DNA from: an uncultured Nitrososphaerota archaeon | Lineage (GTDB): Archaea; Thermoproteota; Nitrososphaeria; Nitrososphaerales; Gagatemarchaeaceae | Direction: 5' to 3' | Length of the DNA stretch: 64,000 nt | Assembly (NCBI GenBank): GCA_963718895.1 | Contig: CAVRAG010000008.1 | Span: forward strand, 608,001 to 672,000 | Shown here: one piece after another, positions 9,875 through 19,005 of the stretch | Layout: each line of letters starts with the position of its first letter | Numbering within the stretch: the first letter of the stretch is position 1 | The notes under the pieces: model-generated | What the model was told of the DNA's origin: nothing | What the model saw: only the letters and a program-made list of their open reading frames with translations | Database searches by the model: none | Program-made: the position numbers and the translations under genes

Positions 9875-10987
9875 CTAGTGCCCATGAATCACCCCTCTTC
9901 CCAGCTTGACAAGCTGGGCCCTCAAACCCCTATGGTACAGAGTGAGACTTACCCTTCTCCGCTCAAGATTTGCCCACCTGCGCAGATACGGCAGGTTGTT
10001 GAGGAAGTCCAGCTCGCTTACCCTGCTTCTGTCGGAGAAGAGATTCTTTACTACTTCATGAAGGAGAACGAAACCCGGAGAGTAGTCAGAAAGGTCTTCT
10101 ACGTACGCCGTGTACAGAGCGTAGGCCATTGGCCCTTGGTGGGACAAGAACCAGAAGGCTTCTGTCTCACCGTTAAGGGACAGCTCCTGTACATCGAGGC
10201 CCCCTCTCGCACTGGCCAGCTCGAACTGGTCCGTCATGAGCCTGAGCCCCGAGGCGAGCGTCTGTCTCTTGCCCTTCCAGCTCCTAGTCATGACGTTGGT
10301 CATCCTCTTGATCAGGCCCCCCGTCCCATCCGGCGACCTAGTTCTTTGGACGTTCCAGACTCCCAAACCGTAGAGGCGACTGGCGGCTTCGCGGTACCTC
10401 TTCCTCAGGTGCGCGCCTCTCGATGAGATGTAAGAATCCCAACTCCCTTCCAGGGATACCGATAATGTGCTTCCCCTTGAAGCAGAATGCAGAGGAAGCG
10501 CGAACTCTCGCGAAATCTTCTCGACCATTTGAACGGTGGGGGAGTCCTGGAGGAGGGAACACAGCTCCATGTAGTCCCAGTCCGTCTCTTCCCGGAGAAG
10601 AAACGTGATGAAGCTCCTGAGCACCTCAACCCTCTGGCCGGGATCCAGTAGAAAGTCAGAGGTCATGTATCTGGGCGTGATGAACGAGACCTTCCTGGCC
10701 TCGATTGAGCGCCACTTGACCCTCGTCAATCTCAATGGAGCAATCCCCACGACTCCTCCTCGTTCTCTAGCGACCAGGACCTTCAGAAACTTCCCCGCCA
10801 AATCCCGTTCGAAGACGAGGTTCTGGTCGAACGTCGCTCCGATGCCAAATCCGGGAGCGAGCGTGCTTAGTCTCGTCCAGTCGTCTTCCAGCTTCTTAAC
10901 CTCGCGAACGGAGTCGACTAGTTCAATCGTGACCATTCCGGAGATCGACCCATCCCGTGCGCTCGGGCGTCGAGAACCCCGCACCAT
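9875..10987 (-). CDS. GNAT-family acetyltransferase (CelD/BcsL-like)
   Basis: VGIAPL, SWDSYISSRG..LRK, YSPGFVLL, ELDF..YLRRW. Confidence 0.8.
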   Translation of the reverse strand: MVRGSRRPSARDGSISGMVTIELVDSVREVKKLEDDWTRLSTLAPGFGIGATFDQNLVFERDLAGKFLKVLVARERGGVVGIAPLRLTRVKWRSIEARKVSFITPRYMTSDFLLDPGQRVEVLRSFITFLLREETDWDYMELCSLLQDSPTVQMVEKISREFALPLHSASRGSTLSVSLEGSWDSYISSRGAHLRKRYREAASRLYGLGVWNVQRTRSPDGTGGLIKRMTNVMTRSWKGKRQTLASGLRLMTDQFELASARGGLDVQELSLNGETEAFWFLSHQGPMAYALYTAYVEDLSDYSPGFVLLHEVVKNLFSDRSRVSELDFLNNLPYLRRWANLERRRVSLTLYHRGLRAQLVKLGRGVIHGH

Positions 10988-11355
10988 TTGAGCAGCTAAC
11001 TAGAAATCTGCGTAGAATATAAGAGAACCTAGAAAAAGAGTGAAAGATAGCATAGAATTTGATGAGTTAAGGAGTCGAGCCGCTAGGGAGATGAAACGAC
11101 TTGAGGCCGGACCTCGAGAAGCAACCAAACAATCTGCTAGGCCACGCAGCGGCTCAAACGCACTTGCAGTTGCCACCACGTCAGGGCCACCACCGTGGCA
11201 AGAGTTCCTCTTCTAGGTACGCGCATCCAGTCCTCCGCGGAGCACTCTTCGGATTCAGTCCAAAGTCTTTGCTCCTTCGCGTTCATGAAGAAGGACTTCC
11301 TTGTGACTCCCAGTCGGCACTGCCAACCTGCCAGAATGGCATGGCAATCCTGTAA

Positions 11356-11817
11356 TCAGGCATTCCCGGCCGGGCTAGGTGGCCTCTTTCCCGAAGGGAG
11401 CAGAGAAAGGTAACCGTCCTTCCCATTATTCATGTCAACTGTGAGCTTGAAATTCTTCAAGAATGTGCGGCCCAGAATCATCTCGAAGGTGTGCAAGGGT
11501 AGATGTGGCAGTTCGAGCACCACAGCGTCCACGTTCTCGGAAACCAAGCTACCGAGCGACACCTTGGTGAGAGTCACCAGAATGCCTCGCTCTATGCCGC
11601 GCATGGTGGTAAACCAAGGCACCCTGTCGGGGTGAATCCGCCCCCAGCTGACGGCTTTGTTTGCCGCTTCCGGATAGCCAAGGTCTATCCCGTCTTGAAA
11701 GAGGACCACGCAATACGGAGAATTGAAGTCAATGACCGAGCTCAACTCCCTCACACGACCGTTTTGACCTTCTATTCGAGCGCTTACCAGCATAGGATAC
11801 CTTAGAGCGAATTTCAC
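11356..11817 (-). CDS. Retropepsin-fold protein with degenerate active-site motif (IDFN)
   Basis: SVIDFNSPYC..LGYPEAA..MILGRTFL; 4-nt overlap with upstream paralog. Confidence 0.75.
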   Translation of the reverse strand: MKFALRYPMLVSARIEGQNGRVRELSSVIDFNSPYCVVLFQDGIDLGYPEAANKAVSWGRIHPDRVPWFTTMRGIERGILVTLTKVSLGSLVSENVDAVVLELPHLPLHTFEMILGRTFLKNFKLTVDMNNGKDGYLSLLPSGKRPPSPAGNA

Positions 11818-12263
11818 GGTTCTGCTCCCTTCTTCCTCATGTCTTCTATCCTCAACTGCCCAACCGAATAATCGAATTCAAGCCTCATGAACTTCAACAG
11901 GCTCCGTCCTAGGACGACGTCGAACCCTGTCGTCTGAGGAAGGTCGGAGGCGACAAACTCGACATTCTCGAAGGAAGTGCTTCCCAGGCTCAGCTGCGCG
12001 ATTCTGATCATTACCGCCCTGAAATACCCATTATAGCTTGAAAAGGTTACTGTGTTGGCAGGCATCGTTACGGGGTTATCGAGCGCGGCTTCTCGATAGC
12101 CGAGCAAGTGAGCATCTACCTTTGGCATGATACAGTACTCGGCGCCGACGTCGACCAGCGCGCTAAACTCTCTCACGATCTCGTTGCGGCCCCTTAGGCG
12201 CACAAATATGGTCGGGAATTTACGGAAGGTATGTTCGGTTACGGATGTGGGAGGGAAAGCTAC
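11814..12263 (-). CDS. Retropepsin-fold protein (LVDVG); start uncertain
   Basis: ALVDVGAEYC..FDVVLGRSLL; similarity to paralog extends upstream of GTG 12203 (EHTFRKFPT). Confidence 0.75.
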   Translation of the reverse strand, partial: VAFPPTSVTEHTFRKFPTIFVRLRGRNEIVREFSALVDVGAEYCIMPKVDAHLLGYREAALDNPVTMPANTVTFSSYNGYFRAVMIRIAQLSLGSTSFENVEFVASDLPQTTGFDVVLGRSLLKFMRLEFDYSVGQLRIEDMRKKGAEP

Positions 12264-12523
12264 AGGAGCAGAGGATATGGAGGTTCACCAGCATAGAGGA
12301 TACAGATGTCGGCGTATTTCAATATCTTCTGCCTCAGTCTCTACCGGTCCAGGTCGGTCGCGACCACCCTGCCACTTGTCGGCTGAAAGTTCCTGTCTCT
12401 TGCGGTATCTGTCATGGCCACCCAAGTAGACTTGTGTCTCCTGAAATTTTCGGAGAGAGCAAGGTTCTCCGGCTCACCTTGCTCTCGGGTTGGCAGGTCG
12501 TTTGGAGTCGAACCCAGAGACAT
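12260..12523 (-). pseudogene. DUF5678-like paralog interrupted by in-frame TAG
   Basis: DLDR*RLRQKILKYADICILYAGEPPYPLLL* aligns with 416..673; TAG at 12341-12343 replaces Tyr. Confidence 0.7.
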
Positions 12524-12528
12524 CGACT

Positions 12529-13566
12529 CTACGGGTTCAGTGCCCGCAGCGCGTTCTTCACCACTCCCTGCGCGATGAATACTCGGAATCCGTTCCCCTG
12601 ACCCAGGCCGTGCGCCCCGACGCTCTCGTGCGTCAGCGGTGTGGCACCTGAGAGGGCGTTCTTCGCCGCCTGCGTGATGTCACTCTCTGACAGAGGGAGT
12701 GTCTTTCCGGCGAGGTATGATTCTGCCGAGGAGGATCTGATGGGCTTGTTGGCGACGTGACCCAGCACCACCCTGGCGCTGGAGATTGTGCTCCCGCTTG
12801 TCGTCGCGACGACAGCCGCGCTCGCGAGTGGGAAGTCGACCGCACCCCTGTCGGTCATTCTGAAGAACGTGCTGAGCGTCCCTGATGCGGGCGCGGGCAC
12901 ATTGATCTGGGTCACTATCTCGTTGAAGCGGAGGCTGTTCTCCTTGACACGGCCGTCCACTATGGAGACGCCCGGCATGAACTGGTCCATCGTCTTGGTG
13001 CTCGAGCCTCCCGGACCCTGCACCGTCAGAGTGGCGTCGTGGGCGAAGAGGGCCGTCGTAAGGTCTCCAGCGTGGACCGCGTAGCAGAGGTTGCCTCCGA
13101 AGATGCTGTGGTAGTAGCGGTTGTCCCCGGCGGTGGCGTAGCAGACGTTGCCGCCGTTCCTCCAGCAGTCGTAGTTGTTTCGCAGGTACCAGCACCAGAC
13201 CTCCTGGCTGATGTCCCCGGCGGCGGTGGCCTGGCTGGCTATCTGGTTTGGATGCCCCGTGGTCGCCCCCGCGATCGCGCCGTAGTACTTGTTGACGTTC
13301 GGATCGTTCGAGACTGTGAGGACGTTCGCGGTCGCTCCGATGGTCAGACCGGTGCTCGGGCTGAAAGTTACCTGGTCGAGCCCAAGTCCTGCGATGTCCA
13401 CCACGTACTCCGGCGTCAGCCCATCTATCTGGTTCTTCATCTGGTAGAGCAGGTCCGTCCCTCCGGCGATGACCTTCGCGTTTCCTGCATACTTCGTCAG
13501 GAGTGATACCGCGTCGTCAACCGAGGTCGGCACCAGGTATCCGAATTGGTTTAGTTCGTTTCTCAT
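12529..13566 (-). CDS. XDH-family FAD subunit, copy 2
   Basis: AGGTDL, same four-Cys insert; start set at MRNEL by paralog alignment. Confidence 0.92.
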   Translation of the reverse strand: MRNELNQFGYLVPTSVDDAVSLLTKYAGNAKVIAGGTDLLYQMKNQIDGLTPEYVVDIAGLGLDQVTFSPSTGLTIGATANVLTVSNDPNVNKYYGAIAGATTGHPNQIASQATAAGDISQEVWCWYLRNNYDCWRNGGNVCYATAGDNRYYHSIFGGNLCYAVHAGDLTTALFAHDATLTVQGPGGSSTKTMDQFMPGVSIVDGRVKENSLRFNEIVTQINVPAPASGTLSTFFRMTDRGAVDFPLASAAVVATTSGSTISSARVVLGHVANKPIRSSSAESYLAGKTLPLSESDITQAAKNALSGATPLTHESVGAHGLGQGNGFRVFIAQGVVKNALRALNP

Positions 13567-13580
13567 TTCAATCCACTCTC

Positions 13581-16055
13581 CTATGATGGGAGCTTCCCGT
13601 TCGCCTCCATCCATTGCAGCGCCGTGACGATGTCCTCCTTCCTCACCGGGGTCTTGGTGAACCTGTATCCGCCCAGCGCGTTGCTAAGAGCGTTCAGGAT
13701 GCAGGGTATGACGCTGATGAGGCTGGGCTCGCCGATTCCGGTCGCGCCGAACGGACCTACCGGGTCGACGTATTCCTCATAGAGGACGTTCAGTGTGTCA
13801 GGCGCCATCGTTATCGTTGGGACCTTGTTGTCAAGGAAGTTGGCGTTGAGGGCGCCTCCGGAATACTTGAAGCCGTTTGACGAGTCGTTTATGTGCTCTT
13901 CGGTGAGCGACTCGCCTATCCCGTGTCCTATGAAGCCGCCCTGGGACTGACCCTCCGCGCCGTGCTGGAAGATGACGCGGCCAAGGCCAATTCCGACCAC
14001 CGCGTTTATCACGCGAACGTCAGCGGTCTCGGTATCTACCTCGACTTCGCACATCTTCGTGCCGCCGACACGGTACGTAAGGTTGGGGGAACCGAACACC
14101 AACCCCGAGTTCCCCGTAATCGTGGCGGGGAGGAGAGCGGCGGCTGCCTTGAAGGACATCGAGTTGCTCGGGTTGGTCGTGTCGTAGATCGTGTTGTTCC
14201 CGAAGGCGAGGTTGGCAGCCTGCGTCCCGGGCGCTAGCTTGGCGGCGACGATCGGGAACCATTGGCTCGCCAGATTCTGGGCGGCAACTACCTGGCCCAT
14301 GCCCCCGTCGCGTGTCCCCAGGCTGCCGAACGTGCCCAATGTGTCCGTCGTGAGGGAACTGTCCGACATGACGGCTGTCACGTTGCTGAAGTCGGTCTGA
14401 CCCAGGCACTCGGCAGCAATCAGCGGGATCGTCGTGTTCCCTCCGCCTCCATGGTCCATTATCCCTGAGTAGACCGTTATCGCGCCCGTGGGATCGACCG
14501 ATATCTGGCCCGAGCCGAACGCGAAGCCACCCTTCGCCGCAGAGAGTAGCGACATGCCGACCCCTCGCAGCTTCTGGCCTGTGCCCTGGGTCTCACCGGA
14601 GTTGACTGGCGTACCGCTCGGTACTCCCCAGCCCTTCCATCTGCCGCTCCAGTTGAAGGCTGCCGCTGTCCTGAGATGGATTGCCGGCTGGCTGAATCCG
14701 GAGAACGCTTGTCCGGTGCTCGGGTCGAACGCGGTGTCGGGGTAGACCGCTCCTGTTGACGGGTCGGTGTAACCCTTGGTTATCATGTTGTTGAGCCGGA
14801 AAGTCACGGGGTCTATGTTCAGCTTCTCGGCGAGCATGTCCACAGCCGTTTCCATGAAATAGGAGCACTGGCTCTCGCCGACATCGCGCATGGGACCGGA
14901 TGAACACATGCCGTTCGTGTTGGCCGAATAGTTCACGACATCGACGTTTGGAATGGTGTAGCTGGCGTAGAACTCGCTGAGTTCCGTTTCCGCCCCGTCG
15001 AGTGCACCAACGTTCGAGTATACTGAGGCCTTAACCGCTGTGATCTTTCCCGCGCTCGTCCCTGCAATCGTGACATAGGCGCGCATCGGAAAGCGGGCAG
15101 TTGTGGCGAGTGCGTCAGTCACCCTGGTGTTGAGGAATTTCACCGGCGCCCCTGCCTTCTTCGAGAGCGCCACCGCTGTGAGGTACTCTTCGCCGGTTGT
15201 CTTGTTGCCGGTGGCGCAACCTGCAACGGGGTTTCCTGTGGTTGTGTCGGCTCCACCGAGACCGACTCTGCAGACTATGTCGGCCGCCGGTATCATGAAG
15301 TAGCTCGAGACCTGTGCGGGAATCGAGGCGGCGTACTGCGAGTCGCACCAGATGTTGACCCCGCCGTCGGTTGTCCACTCTGCGACCAGCCCGCGGGGCT
15401 CGGTCGTGTAGTGCTGGACGAATTGGGTGTTCAGCACCGGGAGCGTGACCACCGCGTCGGCCGCCGCGATAGCTGCGTCAGCGTCGCCGAAAGCGACGGC
15501 GGCCGTACTCGGCGGATACCCGTTGTCTATACCAGCAGCCCCATTTGGAGAGTTGCCGCCCGGCCACAGCTGTGGCGCGCCCGGCTTCAGCGCTCCCTCT
15601 ACGTCGAAGACGTATGGGAGAGGCTCATATTCCACCTTGACCAGGTTGATTGCGTCGTTGAGCAAGTCCGGCGTGGCAGCCCCGACCGCGACCACGGGCT
15701 GGCCGGAGTACATACACTGGGGGTACGGGAGAGGTCCCCGGATTCTGCCATTCGAGGTGGAGTAATAGTTGAATTCAGGGAGGAAGTCCGTGTCCAGAGC
15801 CGATAGGGTAACGGCTCCAGCCGCCTCCGCTGCGCTCACATCAATGCTCTTGATCATCGCGTTTGGGTATGGGCAGGTGACGTAGCCCATGTAGACGAAG
15901 CTCGAGGCGCCGACGTGAGAGGGAAGGATGTCGCTCTGGTATACTCGCACACCTGTAATCTGGTTGTAGATGGCCCGTCTGTTGACCGTAGACTTTCCTA
16001 CCAGGTTGAAGGGGCCGTTGCCCTTTCCAACGTTTGAACCTACGGGAGAACTCAT
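13581..16055 (-). CDS. XDH-family molybdopterin large subunit, copy 2
   Basis: TEPR, FGSLG, EVEVDTET, PFGATGIGE. Confidence 0.93.
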   Translation of the reverse strand: MSSPVGSNVGKGNGPFNLVGKSTVNRRAIYNQITGVRVYQSDILPSHVGASSFVYMGYVTCPYPNAMIKSIDVSAAEAAGAVTLSALDTDFLPEFNYYSTSNGRIRGPLPYPQCMYSGQPVVAVGAATPDLLNDAINLVKVEYEPLPYVFDVEGALKPGAPQLWPGGNSPNGAAGIDNGYPPSTAAVAFGDADAAIAAADAVVTLPVLNTQFVQHYTTEPRGLVAEWTTDGGVNIWCDSQYAASIPAQVSSYFMIPAADIVCRVGLGGADTTTGNPVAGCATGNKTTGEEYLTAVALSKKAGAPVKFLNTRVTDALATTARFPMRAYVTIAGTSAGKITAVKASVYSNVGALDGAETELSEFYASYTIPNVDVVNYSANTNGMCSSGPMRDVGESQCSYFMETAVDMLAEKLNIDPVTFRLNNMITKGYTDPSTGAVYPDTAFDPSTGQAFSGFSQPAIHLRTAAAFNWSGRWKGWGVPSGTPVNSGETQGTGQKLRGVGMSLLSAAKGGFAFGSGQISVDPTGAITVYSGIMDHGGGGNTTIPLIAAECLGQTDFSNVTAVMSDSSLTTDTLGTFGSLGTRDGGMGQVVAAQNLASQWFPIVAAKLAPGTQAANLAFGNNTIYDTTNPSNSMSFKAAAALLPATITGNSGLVFGSPNLTYRVGGTKMCEVEVDTETADVRVINAVVGIGLGRVIFQHGAEGQSQGGFIGHGIGESLTEEHINDSSNGFKYSGGALNANFLDNKVPTITMAPDTLNVLYEEYVDPVGPFGATGIGEPSLISVIPCILNALSNALGGYRFTKTPVRKEDIVTALQWMEANGKLPS

Positions 16056-16059
16056 CGCT

Positions 16060-16842
16060 CTAGGCACCTCCTAGACTCGCCGCCGCAGCCTGTACCGCAT
16101 CGATTATGTGCAGGTAGTTTCCACATCGGCACAAGTTACCGCTCAACGCGGCCTTGATCTCGGGGACTGTCGGGTTCGGTTTGTTCTTCAGCAGGTATGT
16201 GGCGGCCATGATTTGACCCGACGCGCAGTAGCTGCACTGGCCCCCGTCTGAGGTAACCCAGGCCTGTTGTAGGGCGTTGACCACCGGGTCACCCGTGGTG
16301 ATCTCTGAGGTCACAATGGTATGGCCGACCGCCCTCACCGCTAGGATCGTGCACGATTCATGCGGCACGCCATCGATCAGGACGGTGCATCCTCCGCAGC
16401 ACATCCTGTCGCACGGCTTCTTCGTCGCTATCAGACCGAGGTCCTCCCTAAGCACGTCGACGAGCATCCTCCTGGGCTCCACGGTAGGAGTGTAGCTCGT
16501 ACCATTGACATTGAGCGTAATCGTTCGTGCGTCAAACGGAGTTGTCGCCACTATTGGCCCCGGCGTAGGAATGGAAGTATTGACGCTCGCAGTGGGGGAT
16601 ATCGTGACGTAGGAGGCCGACGAAGCTGCGGCCTGTTCTTTGATCCTGGATCCTCTCATAGCAAGAGTTGAGACGCCGACGACCGCAACGACAGCCGCAG
16701 TGCCTTTCATGAGGGTCCGTCTGCTCACCTTTGTGCTTGCAACGTCCTGAATCACTCCACCGGTCCCCCCGACGGAGATAGAGGCCTTCTTCTCAGGTTG
16801 AGTTGCCGAGGGAGCCTTTGTTGTCTCCTTCTTGGATTTCAT
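16060..16842 (-). CDS. Tat-signal 2Fe-2S small subunit, copy 2
   Basis: SRRTLMKG; CDRMCCGGC, QCSYC, NLCRC. Confidence 0.93.
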   Translation of the reverse strand: MKSKKETTKAPSATQPEKKASISVGGTGGVIQDVASTKVSRRTLMKGTAAVVAVVGVSTLAMRGSRIKEQAAASSASYVTISPTASVNTSIPTPGPIVATTPFDARTITLNVNGTSYTPTVEPRRMLVDVLREDLGLIATKKPCDRMCCGGCTVLIDGVPHESCTILAVRAVGHTIVTSEITTGDPVVNALQQAWVTSDGGQCSYCASGQIMAATYLLKNKPNPTVPEIKAALSGNLCRCGNYLHIIDAVQAAAASLGGA

Positions 16843-16871
16843 TCTGGTCAGAATTTAACATTACTCTTGGC

Positions 16872-16903
16872 ATATTACGGGTATCCCCGAACCTATTCGG
16901 GGA
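16872..16903 (-). promoter_or_regulatory. TATA-like box plus perfect palindromic operator
   Basis: TCCCCGAA-CCTA-TTCGGGGA at 16884-16903. Confidence 0.7.
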
Positions 16904-16951
16904 CATCCACACTTTTGCGGTGAGAGGAGTTTCATCAGATCGACTTAGCAT

Positions 16952-17108
16952 GCGGGGATAGCCTACTCGGCAGTCTCTGGAGAGACTACTACAGATCACC
17001 TCTCCAGGTTCAAATTCCTTTCTAACGTGGGAAACCTCGCGCTCGACTCAAAAGGGAGGGCCCGGGCGAGCATCCAAGCCTAGGTTCGAATCCCTCCTGG
17101 ACCCACCA
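16952..17108 (+). pseudogene. Degenerate/mosaic tRNA-like sequence
   Basis: tRNA-like 5' GCGGGGATAGCCTA, two T-loop motifs (GGTTCAAATTCC, GGTTCGAATCCC), GACTCAAAA and terminal ACCA; acceptor stem does not pair. Confidence 0.35.
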
Positions 17109-17146
17109 AGTGTATCAGTCGGCTACACCTAATCGCTTAGATGGGC

Positions 17147-17614
17147 CTATGGACTCTTGACCATGACCACACCAGACATGGGGTGGTAGGAGCAATAGTA
17201 GGGATATGTTCCGGTCTGCGTGAATGTGAAGGTATAGGTCTGTCCGGGTGATAGATCTCCAGAAGCGAAAGAACCGTTGTTGCTGATTATGTTATGAGCG
17301 ATGAGGTCTTGATTGATCCAAGTCACCGTATTGTTCACTCCAATCATCACAGTGATGGCCTGGGGAAGGAAATTGGTGGCACCGTCGTCGTTCTCGCCGC
17401 CGCCATATGGTATGTACACCTGAACTGCATCAGGAGGAGTGAAGGCGGTCGTGGTGTTTGTGCTGATTGAAACGGAACTTCCGGAGTCCGTGAAAGGGTA
17501 GAGCTGGGTCGGCGCCGACGTGAATGCTGTCGGGTTGACGTAGAGATAAGCCGCCCCCGCGACCATAACCAAGCCGACCGCCGCTGCAACAGCGCCTCGA
17601 GTAACGGCGCGCAT
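17147..17614 (-). CDS. Membrane-anchored cupredoxin/plastocyanin-like blue copper protein
   Basis: N-terminal hydrophobic helix; TVTWIN..HNI, YYCSYHPM type-1 Cu ligands. Confidence 0.88.
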   Translation of the reverse strand: MRAVTRGAVAAAVGLVMVAGAAYLYVNPTAFTSAPTQLYPFTDSGSSVSISTNTTTAFTPPDAVQVYIPYGGGENDDGATNFLPQAITVMIGVNNTVTWINQDLIAHNIISNNGSFASGDLSPGQTYTFTFTQTGTYPYYCSYHPMSGVVMVKSP

Positions 17615-17745
17615 TCTTGAGTGACGCGTAAATCTCGTGAGATTCAGCTTGAGGGTCTCGCTTTTCTGTTTATCTAATCAGGCTGACGTTTGGCCCTGGG
17701 AATGATCTCCCATTCGCGAAACTTCTTTCAGCGTCTGAATAAGTA

Positions 17746-17762
17746 TGCGCCGGGCGGGATTT
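17746..17762 (-). repeat. att direct repeat (copy of tRNA-Glu 3' end)
   Basis: tgcgccgggcgggattt matches 21077-21093 tgccccgggcgggattt at 16/17. Confidence 0.75.
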
Positions 17763-17789
17763 AGACCGAAAATAGGTACAAACCCACGC

Positions 17790-17935
17790 TGCCCTCTGTC
17801 TACGAGGACGATCGGCTTGTTTGTGCACACGTTGAGGACCTTCCTAAGGAATACGAGGGCGTACACTGGAGGTCGTTCAAGTATCGTGACAAGCACGATA
17901 GATCAAACATCTCAATCGCTTATCTTAACGGTATC
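17790..17935 (-). mobile_element. IS6-family transposase remnant
   Basis: VFLRKVLNVCTNKPIVLVDRG resembles archaeal IS6 DDE segment; putative end GATACCGTTAAG at 17935. Confidence 0.55.
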
Positions 17936-18142
17936 GGGATAGTTAGAATAAGGAACTAACTAAGGTCATGGCGCAGAGGATGGTCCAGTCATATAGAGCA
18001 TACACGCAAGAACCTCTGGTCCCGGAGGAATTCCATCCCTCGAATACATGAGCATTAGAGACGACTCGGCGTATAGCAAACTTCCATCCTTCGTCGGGTG
18101 AGCGCACTCTCCCAGTTCATACCAACTGCAATGGTATGTTCT

Positions 18143-18379
18143 TCAATTTCCAATTCTAGCCGTGATTGCAGAATGCTGCCCGAACTTGTTTGATGCAAAG
18201 GTCACTCCAATTGCAGCGACGATGGTTGCGATTCCTGCATAGGTCAGTGTGTAGTTAATGGCCGAAGCGCACTCTCCGGTCGCAGGTGAAACACAACTGA
18301 TAGTTGTTATCGGATGAATAGCACCGAATATTAGAAGCATTGCTCCTATGATGGCTAACATCAATGCAACCTCCAGCAT
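18143..18379 (-). CDS. Small two-TM membrane protein
   Basis: MLEVALMLAIIG..CVSPATGEC..second hydrophobic helix. Confidence 0.4.
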   Translation of the reverse strand: MLEVALMLAIIGAMLLIFGAIHPITTISCVSPATGECASAINYTLTYAGIATIVAAIGVTFASNKFGQHSAITARIGN

Positions 18380-18615
18380 GGTCTTTCTAGTGATCGCTCT
18401 GTGCCGATTTCTTGAAACGTTAATGCTTAAAGACTTTTGTCCGAACGTCAGGGTTATCGTAACAGTATCGCTCACGTAAGTTTCTTCACTGAACAAGTCA
18501 ATTACGGTTTTCTCCGTCTTAGGATTCAGATTAGATAACGGCCCGTCAGCAACAAATGATTCGGAATCTTGAGGGAACCTTGACCTTTGGCCAGCAGGCC
18601 GCCCAAGGGATTCTT

Positions 18616-18930
18616 CTAGCATCCGGTATTGGCCGCTGGGGTGTATTGGCTCGATGCCCAAGTCATAGTGAAGTCGCCCACTGAATTCAGAGTCCCGTAG
18701 TTCACGTTCGTGACAGAGGTGCCCGAACAAGAGCCGTAGATACCGAGGTAATCATTCTGATTGACCATTGTGTAAGCACCAGTGATGTAGTTGTTGATGT
18801 ATCCAGCCGACCCCCCAGTATAGATATTTGCACCCGTAAAAGGCACCGTTCCGAACTTGTCAAGTGAGTCGCACCCTCCCAGAGGATAGCAAGTACATGT
18901 GGAAGCGCCACGACAATAGACTGGACTCCA
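18616..18930 (-). pseudogene. Fragment of secreted protein, possibly G1 glutamic peptidase C-terminus
   Basis: Frame extends to LDKFGTVPFTGA, like G1-family LxxFGTVxFT; 5' part disrupted. Confidence 0.35.
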
Positions 18931-19005
18931 AGGCGTGAGCTAGGCCAACACCTAACACGAAAAGGATTCCAAGCGTCAGCTGTATCGAGGGCGCTTGGTT
19001 CAGCC

